A stretch of 64,000 bases of DNA from an uncultured Verrucomicrobiae bacterium (GTDB lineage: Bacteria > Verrucomicrobiota > Verrucomicrobiia > Limisphaerales > JAFGQR01). Below are positions 56,205-64,000 of the stretch, piece by piece. The stretch is from the NCBI GenBank assembly GCA_963788655.1, contig CAWBHS010000072.1, forward strand, positions 288,001-352,000. The letters run 5' to 3'. Every line of letters begins with the position of its first letter. Position 1 is the first letter of the stretch. A program made the translations under genes and the position numbers. The notes below the pieces were generated by a model. The model was given only the letters and a program-made list of their open reading frames with translations, was not told where the DNA came from and did not search any database.

Positions 56205-56417
56205 GTGCGGCGAAATTTGGATCGTCAACTTGCAGCGTACCTTCGAAAGGCGAGGGGCGGCCTTTCGTACGCTGAATTCTCGAAAAAGGTCGGGTTGTCG
56301 CACACAACGCTCCACCGCATCGAGCGCGGAGAACATCATCTCACGCTGCACAAGTTGGAAAGCATTCTCGAAAAACTCAAAATCCGGCTAAGAGACATCT
56401 TCCCTGAGGAGTTTTAA
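56205..56417 (+). CDS. XRE-family HTH transcriptional regulator
   Basis: LRKARGGLSYAEFSKKVGLSHTTLHRIERGEHHLTLHKLESI. Confidence 0.88.
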   Translation: MRRNLDRQLAAYLRKARGGLSYAEFSKKVGLSHTTLHRIERGEHHLTLHKLESILEKLKIRLRDIFPEEF

Positions 56418-56480
56418 TTGGGGCGGGGCAGTCTTGCCATTGAGAGAAAATCGGTGGAATCCGGCCAGTTCTGCCACTGG

Positions 56481-56517
56481 GCCATTGCTTTTCGCGGTTG
56501 TTTCCCCCAAAGTCAAG
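56481..56517. repeat. 37-bp direct repeat, right copy (att-like)
   Basis: Identical to 50571-50607. Confidence 0.92.
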
Positions 56518-56641
56518 AGGTGGTTGTGCGGTGCGCACTGGAACATAACCTTTGGAAAGTTTGCTGCTGGCGGGCGAATTTTAACCATGCCGCCAGAGGG
56601 CATAACTGACAGGGCAATGGTAAGCGTAGTTTTTTGGCTTG

Positions 56642-58161
56642 ATGCAGACTGATTTGAAATTGAACCGACATGATAAGTTGTCAGAGCGTGTTTTGAACGC
56701 CTGGAAACCTGTAGCCACCAACGTGAGGAGGTGGACGGGACCGCCGGGCGCTGGCAAATCCGCCTCTTCATGTCGGCGGCTACCTTTTTCAAACACGCTC
56801 TTAACTCCGCTCGTTGCGGGTGGGCTCCTCGTGTTGGAGTTGATGTCCGCTTCGGCCTCCATGCTTCGGGCGGATGAACCGGACCCGCGACACGATGCGA
56901 CAGTCGCGGCGGTTCAGCGCGTGATGCCCAGCGTGGTCAATGTGGCCACGGAAACCCTGGTCCCGGCCCAGGATTCGTTGGACGATTTGTTCCGGCAGTT
57001 TTTTGGACCGTATTACCGCCGGCGCCGCCCGAACACGCAATACAGCCTGGGCTCGGGCGTGATCATCGATGAGGAAGGCTTCGTGCTGACCAATTTCCAC
57101 GTGGTCAACCGCGCCAATCGGATCTGGGTGCGCCTGATGGATGGCCGGGAATTCGAGTGCGAAAAGGTTTCCGGCACCAGCTTCACCGACGTGGCGCTGC
57201 TGAAAATCAAGGCCCCGAAAGGCGAGAAGTTCACGGCCGTGAAATTTGCCGAAGACGACGATCTGTTGCTGGGCGAGACGGTGCTGGCGTTGGGCAATCC
57301 CTTTGGCCTGGGCGGTTCGGTCACCCGGGGAATTTTGAGTTCCAAGAGCCGCCGTCCGCCCGCGGAAAACGAACCGCTCGACATCCTCGACTGGCTGCAA
57401 ACGGACGCGGCCATCAATCCGGGCAATAGCGGCGGACCGTTGGTCGATTTGCGGGGCCAATTGATCGGCATCAACGTAGCCATTTACCGGGAAGGGCAGG
57501 GGATTGGGTTTGCCATTCCGGTCAAACGCGTGACCGAGGCGATTGCCGAGATTTATTCGCCGAACTGCTCAAAGAACTCTGGTTCGGCGCGCGGGTGCGT
57601 CCCGGCACGAAACCGTTGACCGTGACCGCCGTGGACAAGGACAGTCCAGCCGATAAAGCCGGTTTGCACGTGGGAGACAAAGTCGTGGAAGTCAATGGCA
57701 AGGCACCGCGGAGTTTTATCGACTTCATCCAGCAGTTGTTGGATGCCGGGGACAAGGCGAAAATCAAATTGGTGGTTCAAGGAGACAACGACAAACGCAC
57801 CTGCTCTTTGCAGTTGGAACCGGAAAAATCGTTTTTCAACACTGACTTGGTGCGCCGGAAACTGGGGATGACGGTGCAAACCTTGACACCCCGGTTGGCT
57901 GAGAGTTTTGGGGTGACTGGTGCGGCGGGCGCGCTCATTTCCGAGGTCGAATCCGGCAGTCCGGCGGCCAAGGCGGAATTGCAGTCCGGCATGGTGATCA
58001 CCGCCATGGATGGTCAGGAAACACACGATGTGGTCGAGCTCGCCAAAATGCTGCACGCCAAAAGCAAGGGCGACCGAGTGAAGCTCAATCTGGTGGCGCC
58101 CATCCAACGCGGCATTTTCATCCGGATCACTTCGGGCACGGTCGAATTGGTCGTGCGGTGA
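56642..58161 (+). CDS. DegP/HtrA-family serine protease with two PDZ domains (frameshift near 57565)
   Basis: PSVVNV, SLGSGVII, LTNFHVV, DVALLKI, LGNPFGL, QTDAAINPGNSGGPL; DSPADKAGL and GSPAAKAEL PDZ motifs. Confidence 0.92.
56684..56800. mobile_element. 117-bp MITE with IS5-like ends carrying a REP doublet, in frame in the htrA 5' end
   Basis: TIRs GAGCGTGTTTTGAA / TTCAAACACGCTC flanked by TCA and TTA; internal GTAGCCACCAACGTGAGGAGGTGG ... CCGCCTCTTCATGTCGGCGGCTAC. Confidence 0.7.
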
Positions 58162-58210
58162 AATTCCTTGGACGGAAGGCAAGGCGTTGGCGTAGGATGC
58201 TGCCCGCCCC

Positions 58211-59180
58211 ATGAGTGAGCATGCAATGATTGTAGCGGAGAACCTGACCAAACGTTACGGCCGGCACGTAGCGGTCAATGGCGTTTCGTTTTCCGTTAAG
58301 CGGGGCGAAATCGTCGGTCTGTTGGGGCCCAACGGGGCCGGCAAGAGCACCATCATGCGGATTCTGACGTGCTTCATGCCCGCCACCTCCGGCACGGTGC
58401 GGGTCGCCTGGTTTGATGTGTTCAGCCAGGCCGATGAAGTGCGCCGCCGGTTCGGCTACATGCCGGAGAACAATCCGCTGTACCAGGACATGCGGGTCCA
58501 GGAATACCTCCGGTTCCGCGCCCGGCTCAAAGGGCTTGAGCCGCAGTCGAACGCGGGAACGCATGGACGCGGTGATCGAGCAATGCGGATTGAGAGACGT
58601 CAGCCGCCGGATCATCGGGCAATTGTCCAAAGGTTACCAGCAACGGGTTGGCCTGGCGGATGCCCTGGTGCATCGAGCCGGAGTTGATCATTTTGGACGA
58701 ACCCACGCTGGGGCTGGATCCCAATCAAATGCGCACGGTGCGGCAATTGATCAAAGACCTGGCGCAGCACCACACCGTGTTGATCTCGACGCACATTCTG
58801 CCCGAAGTCGAAGTGACTTGTCACGCGCGTGTTAATTTTGCACGGCGGCAAAATCCTGGCGGCGGACACGGTGGACAATCTGCGTTATCAAATGGGCAAG
58901 AGCGGCCAAGTGGTGGCCGAAATCGCCGCGCCCGCCGCGGAACTGCGCGCGTGCTGGGATGAGTCGCCGGAAGTCGAGCACCTGGACTTGGTGCCCGTGG
59001 ACGGAGAATATGTTCGTTGCAGCCTTACGGCTCGGAGCGGCGTGGATTTGCGGCCTGCAGATTTTTTCACTCGTCACGGAGCGTGGCTGGAAAATGCGGG
59101 AACTAACCCGCACGCGCCATTCGCTGGAGGACATGTTTGTGCGGGTCACTCGACCGGAACTCGAAGAGGAGGAAGGCTGA
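58211..59180 (+). CDS. GldA-like ABC-2 transporter ATP-binding protein (about four frameshifts)
   Basis: GPNGAGKST, GYMPENNPLY, LSKGYQQRVGLA, ILDEPTLGLDP, ISTHILPEVE, SLEDMFVRVT across successive frames. Confidence 0.9.
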
Positions 59181-59932
59181 TGCAGGGGTATTGGACATTG
59201 GTGCGGCGCGAATTGAGCGCGTATTTCTCTTCCTGGACGGGTTACGTCATCATCGCGGCCGTGTTGTTTTTGCTGGGCAGCAGTTTTGCCAGTCTTTTGT
59301 TTGTGCTGAACACGCAGCCGACCGATCTGCCGATCACCGAGGTGTTTTACGGCACCTATTATTTCTGGCTGATTCTGGTGATCGCCACGCCGATCATTAC
59401 CATGCGGTCGTTTGCCCTGGAAAAGTATTCCGGCACGTTCGAAACGTTGATGACGGCGCCGGTCAGCGATTTGCAGGTGGTGCTGGCAAAGTTCACCGGG
59501 GCGATGCTGTTCTTTATCGTCACCTGGTTGCCGTTGCTGGGATGTCTGCTGGTGGTGCGCTATTTCAGTGATGATCCCCAGGTGATGGATGCCGGGACAG
59601 TCGTCTCGATGTACGCGGGCATCGTGTTGCTGGGCGCGCTGTTTATTTCGCTTGGGTGCTTTGCTTCGGCGCTAACCCGCAGCCAGATTATCGCGGCGAT
59701 GACCAGTTTTGCGCTGGGGATTTCTTTGCTGTTGATTAGTTTCGTCTCCTTGACCTTTTCCACCAAGACCGGTTGGGAAGCCCAGATCTACGCGCAGGTG
59801 GGGATGATCGAGCAGATGCAGGACTTCGCCCGGGGCGTGGTGGATACGCGACCAGTCATTTATTATTTGAGCCTGACCGCTTTGTTTCTTTTTTTAACTT
59901 ACAAAGTCGTGGAAAGCAGGCGTTGGAAATAG
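59180..59932 (+). CDS. GldF-like ABC-2 permease
   Basis: RRELSAYF, ITMRSFALEKYSGTFETLMTAPV, VLAKF, DFARGVVD, ESRRWK. Confidence 0.9.
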   Translation: MQGYWTLVRRELSAYFSSWTGYVIIAAVLFLLGSSFASLLFVLNTQPTDLPITEVFYGTYYFWLILVIATPIITMRSFALEKYSGTFETLMTAPVSDLQVVLAKFTGAMLFFIVTWLPLLGCLLVVRYFSDDPQVMDAGTVVSMYAGIVLLGALFISLGCFASALTRSQIIAAMTSFALGISLLLISFVSLTFSTKTGWEAQIYAQVGMIEQMQDFARGVVDTRPVIYYLSLTALFLFLTYKVVESRRWK

Positions 59933-59933
59933 G

Positions 59934-61439
59934 ATGACCAACGATACTCCCAGTTACTCCGTTCAACAAAAACGACGCATCGGCTTGCAGGTCGGGGTGT
60001 CCATTCTCGCCTTTGCGGCCATTGTGGTGATGGTGAACTATCTCGCCGCGCGGCACTTCACCCGCTTGCTTTGGTCCACCAAAGCCAGCCAGCCGTTCTC
60101 GCCGCTGACGCGCACCATCCTGGCGACGGTGACCAACGAAGTGCAGGTCACGGTCTTTTTTGACAAGGACGAGCCGTTGTATGACTCCGTTTGGGGTTTG
60201 TTGAAGGAATACAATTTCACCAATCCGCGGATCATGGTCGAGCGGGTCGATTACCAGCGCGATCCGGCCACGGCTTTGGCCATGAAGAAACGGTACAACC
60301 TGGACTCGCCGAGCGATAAAAATCTGGTGATCTTTGACTGCAATGGCCGGATCAAGATCGTGTACGAAAATCAACTTTCCGACCTGGACGTCGAGTCGTT
60401 CACCAGCGGTCGCAGCAAGGTCATCCGGCGGACTGATTTCCGCGGCGAAATCGAGTTCACTTCGGCCATCCTGAACGTGACCAGTTCACGAGCTTTGCAT
60501 GCCTATTTTTTGCATGGCCACGGCGAACACCGGTTCGATAGCGATGACAAGTTGATGGGATATTCCCGGTTTTCCGGAGTGCTGGATGAAAACAACATCC
60601 ACTATGACTATGTGAGCCTGCTGGGCACCAACGAGGTTCCCGCTGACTGCCACCTGCTGATCGTTGCCGGACCGAAAAACGCCCTGTTGCCCGAGGAATT
60701 GGACAAGATCAACCGTTACCTCAAACAAGGCGGGCGGATGTTCGTATTGTTCAATTTCGAAAGTTTGGACAAACCGACCGGTTTGGAGCAGTTGCTCGCC
60801 GAATGGGGCGTTGCGGTGGGCAACAACGTGGTGATCGATGAGGAACGCGATCACAGCATCACCGGCCAGGACATGGTCGTTTCCGAATACGGCGATCATC
60901 CGCTGGTGAAGCCCCTGGTTCAGGAACGGTTGTATATCGTTTTACCCCGTTCGATCTCGAGTTTGCCCAGTAGCGGTTCGGGCGGGGACGGCCTCCAGGT
61001 GGAAACGCTGGCTCGGACCAGCAAGAAAGGCCGAGTGATCACCGATGTGCGGATGGACGCCCGTACGGGACCGGCATTGTACAAACGGCCGAATGATTAT
61101 GTCGGGCCGGTGCCGCTCATGGTGGCCGTCGAAAAAGGCGGCATTCCCGGCGTCAGTGCCGAACGCGGCGCCACCCGCATCGTGGTGGTCGGCGAATCGA
61201 TTTTTCTGGGGAACGAAACGTTACCCAAACTTGCCAACCGCGATTTTGCCAGTTACGCCGTCAACTGGTTACTGGCGCGGCACGAATTGCTCGTGGGACT
61301 GACGCCGCAGCCGATCAAGGAATATCGAGTGAACCTGACCGAGGGCCAGATGGCCGGCTTGCGCTGGATCTTTCTACTCGGCATGCCGGGAGCCGTGTTG
61401 CTGGTAGGGCTCCTGGTGCAAATACGCCGCCGAAGCTGA
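59934..61439 (+). CDS. GldG-family ABC transporter auxiliary protein
   Basis: LHGHGE, LIVAGPK, YLKQGG, RIVVVGES, ANRDF..AVNWL, with N- and C-terminal TM helices. Confidence 0.88.
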   Translation: MTNDTPSYSVQQKRRIGLQVGVSILAFAAIVVMVNYLAARHFTRLLWSTKASQPFSPLTRTILATVTNEVQVTVFFDKDEPLYDSVWGLLKEYNFTNPRIMVERVDYQRDPATALAMKKRYNLDSPSDKNLVIFDCNGRIKIVYENQLSDLDVESFTSGRSKVIRRTDFRGEIEFTSAILNVTSSRALHAYFLHGHGEHRFDSDDKLMGYSRFSGVLDENNIHYDYVSLLGTNEVPADCHLLIVAGPKNALLPEELDKINRYLKQGGRMFVLFNFESLDKPTGLEQLLAEWGVAVGNNVVIDEERDHSITGQDMVVSEYGDHPLVKPLVQERLYIVLPRSISSLPSSGSGGDGLQVETLARTSKKGRVITDVRMDARTGPALYKRPNDYVGPVPLMVAVEKGGIPGVSAERGATRIVVVGESIFLGNETLPKLANRDFASYAVNWLLARHELLVGLTPQPIKEYRVNLTEGQMAGLRWIFLLGMPGAVLLVGLLVQIRRRS

Positions 61440-61513
61440 ATGCGGATGATGACAAAGCACACTTTGAATTTTGCATATCGATTGGGACTGAACCACGGCG
61501 CTTCGAACACTCC

Positions 61514-61630
61514 CGTAGGACAGGCGTCCCGCCGGTCCCGTTCTTCCAAACAGCGTCCAATGATCTGCGGCACGTTTCCTGTCCAATTGCCGCCGTTCGC
61601 CGTTCGAGACAATCGAGATGGCTGTCCTAC
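61514..61630. repeat. GTAGGACAG-family REP doublet, copy 3
   Basis: CGTAGGACAGGCGTCCCGCCGGTCC ... GACAATCGAGATGGCTGTCCTAC. Confidence 0.78.
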
Positions 61631-61657
61631 TGTGGGTCAAATTGGAGGTGCGTCCAC

Positions 61658-63484
61658 ATGAACCAACGCACCACCTGGCTATTGGCGGGGTTGGCGGTAT
61701 GCCTGTTCCTGTTCATCGTGCTGGTCGAACGCCACGCTCAGACCACCTCGATGATTCCCGAAGAACCGCCGCGGCTGCTATCCTTGCGCGCATCGGAAGT
61801 CACCAACATCCAACTGCGTGTCACCAATCAACTGGTGGTCAAAGTCGAGAAAACCAACGGCGATTGGCATCTCACCCTGCCGATTTATTACCCGGCCCAG
61901 AACGAACGCATCGCGCGACTGCTGGAAATCCTGGAGAATCTGCACAGCCAGAAGTTGATTTCCCTGGCCGAATTGGCGGCGGAGAACCGGACCGTTGCCG
62001 ATTTCGGCCTGGATGTCCCTCAGATGGCGTTGGCGATCCAGCATGGCGGGCAACGCAGCGAGATTCTTTTCGGATCCAAGACCGCTCTCGGCGATCAGGT
62101 GTACGTGCAGATGCTGGCCTCGCCCGACATTTACATCATTGGCTCGGAACTCTTCGACCGCTTGCCGCGCAATGCCGATGATTGGCGCGATCGCTCGTTG
62201 CTGACCCTCAATGGTCTGGTGCTGGACCGCCTCGAGGTGCGGGCGCCTGGCCGGGGTTTTGCGCTGGTCCTCGATCCGACCAACAAGGTGTTTTATCTCT
62301 CCAAGCCCACCCCGGCGCGGGCCGACAACGCGAAGGTGCAGGCACTGCTCCGCAACCTGGCGGCGGGCCGCATTGTCAAATTTGTCACGGATACACCCGG
62401 TAATGATTTGGAGGCTTACGGCCTGCAACCGCCGGCGGTTGAATTGGCATTGGGCCAGGGAACCAACGACCTGTTCGTGGTGCAATTTGGGAAGAGTCCG
62501 ACCAATGACGCAAGCTTGGTCTATGCCCGCCGGCTGAGTCATAACAACATTGTGCTGGTGCGCAAGACGCTCCTGGAAACGCTGTTGACTTCGCACGACG
62601 AATTGCGCGACCGCCAACTCCTGACGTTCAACCCGGAGCAAGTGGACCGGATCGAGGTCACGGGAACGAACGGATTTGGAGTCCATCGCCAGACCAACAG
62701 CACTTGGACCACCACAGGCGCCACACCATTGCTGGTGGATGCGGAATTGGTGCGGGATTGGCTCGACCGCTTGAGTCGTCTGCAAGGTACAGTGGAAAAG
62801 GACGTGGTAACTGATTTTGCCCCTTATGGTCTGGCTCAGCCGGGACGGCAGATTGTCCTTTCTCACCTGGCCACGCTCGCGGACGGCAAACCAACCAACC
62901 AGGTGATCGCGCAGTTGGACCTTGGCAATCAGGAGGGCGAAAAATTGTTCGTGCGCCGGCCGGATGAAAACTCGGCCTATTACGTGGCCGTGGAAGCCCT
63001 CCGGTCCCTGCCGAACGCGGCCTGGCAGTTGCGCGACCGCCGGGTGTTCCACTTCTCAACGAACCAGGTGGCCAGCGTTACCGTTCGGCAGCACGGTTAT
63101 GAGCGCAAACTCTTGCGCAGTCCCGCCGGCAATTGGTCACTCGCGCCGGGATCTCAAGGGGTGATCAACACGTTTGCCGTGGAAGACATGGTGGACCGCC
63201 TGAGCGAATTGCAGGCCAATGCCTGGGTAGCCCGCGGCGATGAAAATCGGGCCCGTTATGGATTCAAGGACGACGATTACCGGCTCACCCTCGAACTCAA
63301 GGATGGAGACAAACCGGAGACGCGCGTTCTGGAATTCGCGCAACGCGAATCGTCGCGTCCACCGCTGGCGTCAACGACCATTGACGGCCAGACCTGGATA
63401 TTCGATTTTCCGGTCATGCTGTATTATCGGTTGATCAGCTATCTGAGCAATCCGCCGTTGCCACCATCTCCGCCCCCGCATTGA
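61658..63484 (+). CDS. DUF4340 repeat protein
   Basis: N-terminal TM; repeated W....P..A...YGL..P units and (W/L)RDR linkers; the usual partner of GldA/F/G-like operons. Confidence 0.85.
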   Translation: MNQRTTWLLAGLAVCLFLFIVLVERHAQTTSMIPEEPPRLLSLRASEVTNIQLRVTNQLVVKVEKTNGDWHLTLPIYYPAQNERIARLLEILENLHSQKLISLAELAAENRTVADFGLDVPQMALAIQHGGQRSEILFGSKTALGDQVYVQMLASPDIYIIGSELFDRLPRNADDWRDRSLLTLNGLVLDRLEVRAPGRGFALVLDPTNKVFYLSKPTPARADNAKVQALLRNLAAGRIVKFVTDTPGNDLEAYGLQPPAVELALGQGTNDLFVVQFGKSPTNDASLVYARRLSHNNIVLVRKTLLETLLTSHDELRDRQLLTFNPEQVDRIEVTGTNGFGVHRQTNSTWTTTGATPLLVDAELVRDWLDRLSRLQGTVEKDVVTDFAPYGLAQPGRQIVLSHLATLADGKPTNQVIAQLDLGNQEGEKLFVRRPDENSAYYVAVEALRSLPNAAWQLRDRRVFHFSTNQVASVTVRQHGYERKLLRSPAGNWSLAPGSQGVINTFAVEDMVDRLSELQANAWVARGDENRARYGFKDDDYRLTLELKDGDKPETRVLEFAQRESSRPPLASTTIDGQTWIFDFPVMLYYRLISYLSNPPLPPSPPPH

Positions 63485-63522
63485 AGTTGAGAGGTTTGAC
63501 TGCACAGGTACAGATTGGCTCG

Positions 63523-64000
63523 GTGAAGACCGCGAAGTCCCAGGGACAATCCATCGCCCGCCCGCCCGCGCGGGCCCGCCGGATTTTGCGGGTGGGTCTC
63601 CGGTGGGGGTGCATTCTCTTGGCGATGAGCTTGTTGGTGGTGCTCGTGCTGGGGTATTTCCTTAATCGGGTCGGTTTGCCAAAACCCGCCAAACAATGGC
63701 TGATCGGCGAACTGCGTCAGCACGGATGGAACGTGCAGTTCAGCCGGTTGCGATTGCGCTGGTCGCGGGGTCTGGTGGCGGATGATCTCCAACTGCAACG
63801 CACGAACCGCAACGAGGGACCGCAAATCTTCGTCGAGGAAGCCCAATGCGCGTTCAATCACGCGGCGCTGGCCCATTTCAAATTTGTCCCCACCAGCCTT
63901 AATCTGAAAGATGGCCGCATTACCTGGCCGGTGTCACGGACGGGAAAAACGCGGCGCTATCTCGACATTCGGGGTCTGACCGGCGCATTGCAGTTGAATC
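63523..64000 (+). CDS. AsmA-like membrane-anchored protein (runs off the window end)
   Basis: Hand-translated from GTG 63523: basic N-terminus, TM ILLAMSLLVVLVLGYF, then GLP...ELRQHGWNVQFSRLRLRWSRGLVADD; open to 64000. Confidence 0.55.
   Translation, partial: MKTAKSQGQSIARPPARARRILRVGLRWGCILLAMSLLVVLVLGYFLNRVGLPKPAKQWLIGELRQHGWNVQFSRLRLRWSRGLVADDLQLQRTNRNEGPQIFVEEAQCAFNHAALAHFKFVPTSLNLKDGRITWPVSRTGKTRRYLDIRGLTGALQLN

Overview
GC-rich bacterial DNA, probably Verrucomicrobiota (an inference from gene content, a PEP-CTERM protein and the intergenic repeat styles). Many genes are split by single-base frameshifts, which look like long-read indel errors rather than real pseudogenes. The centre of the window (about 16.4-41.3 kb) is a large alpha-glucan cluster: glgE, a treS-pep2(mak) fusion, a DHH phosphoesterase, malQ, and a GlgA2/SSIII-IV-type glucan synthase. 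Directly after the synthase come a full-length plant-type alpha-glucan, water dikinase (GWD, with tandem CBM45-like modules), a phosphoglucan, water dikinase (PWD, with a metal-binding TIM barrel in place of CBM20), and a second TIM-barrel gene. This apparent bacterial starch-phosphorylation module is the main finding. The rest of the window holds a Yip1/MacA/MacB-type exporter, elaB-yqjE-yqjK-like genes, SLC13 and MscS transporters, a CBM48 esterase, an aldehyde dehydrogenase, a Sel1 lipoprotein, GH172 with an MFS transporter, vapBC, DUF2851, htrA and a GldA/F/G-like ABC system. There is also a 5.9-kb island bounded by an exact 37-bp direct repeat. Several REP/MITE families are present, two copies of which are translated in frame inside genes. 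No rRNA, tRNA or CRISPR array was found.
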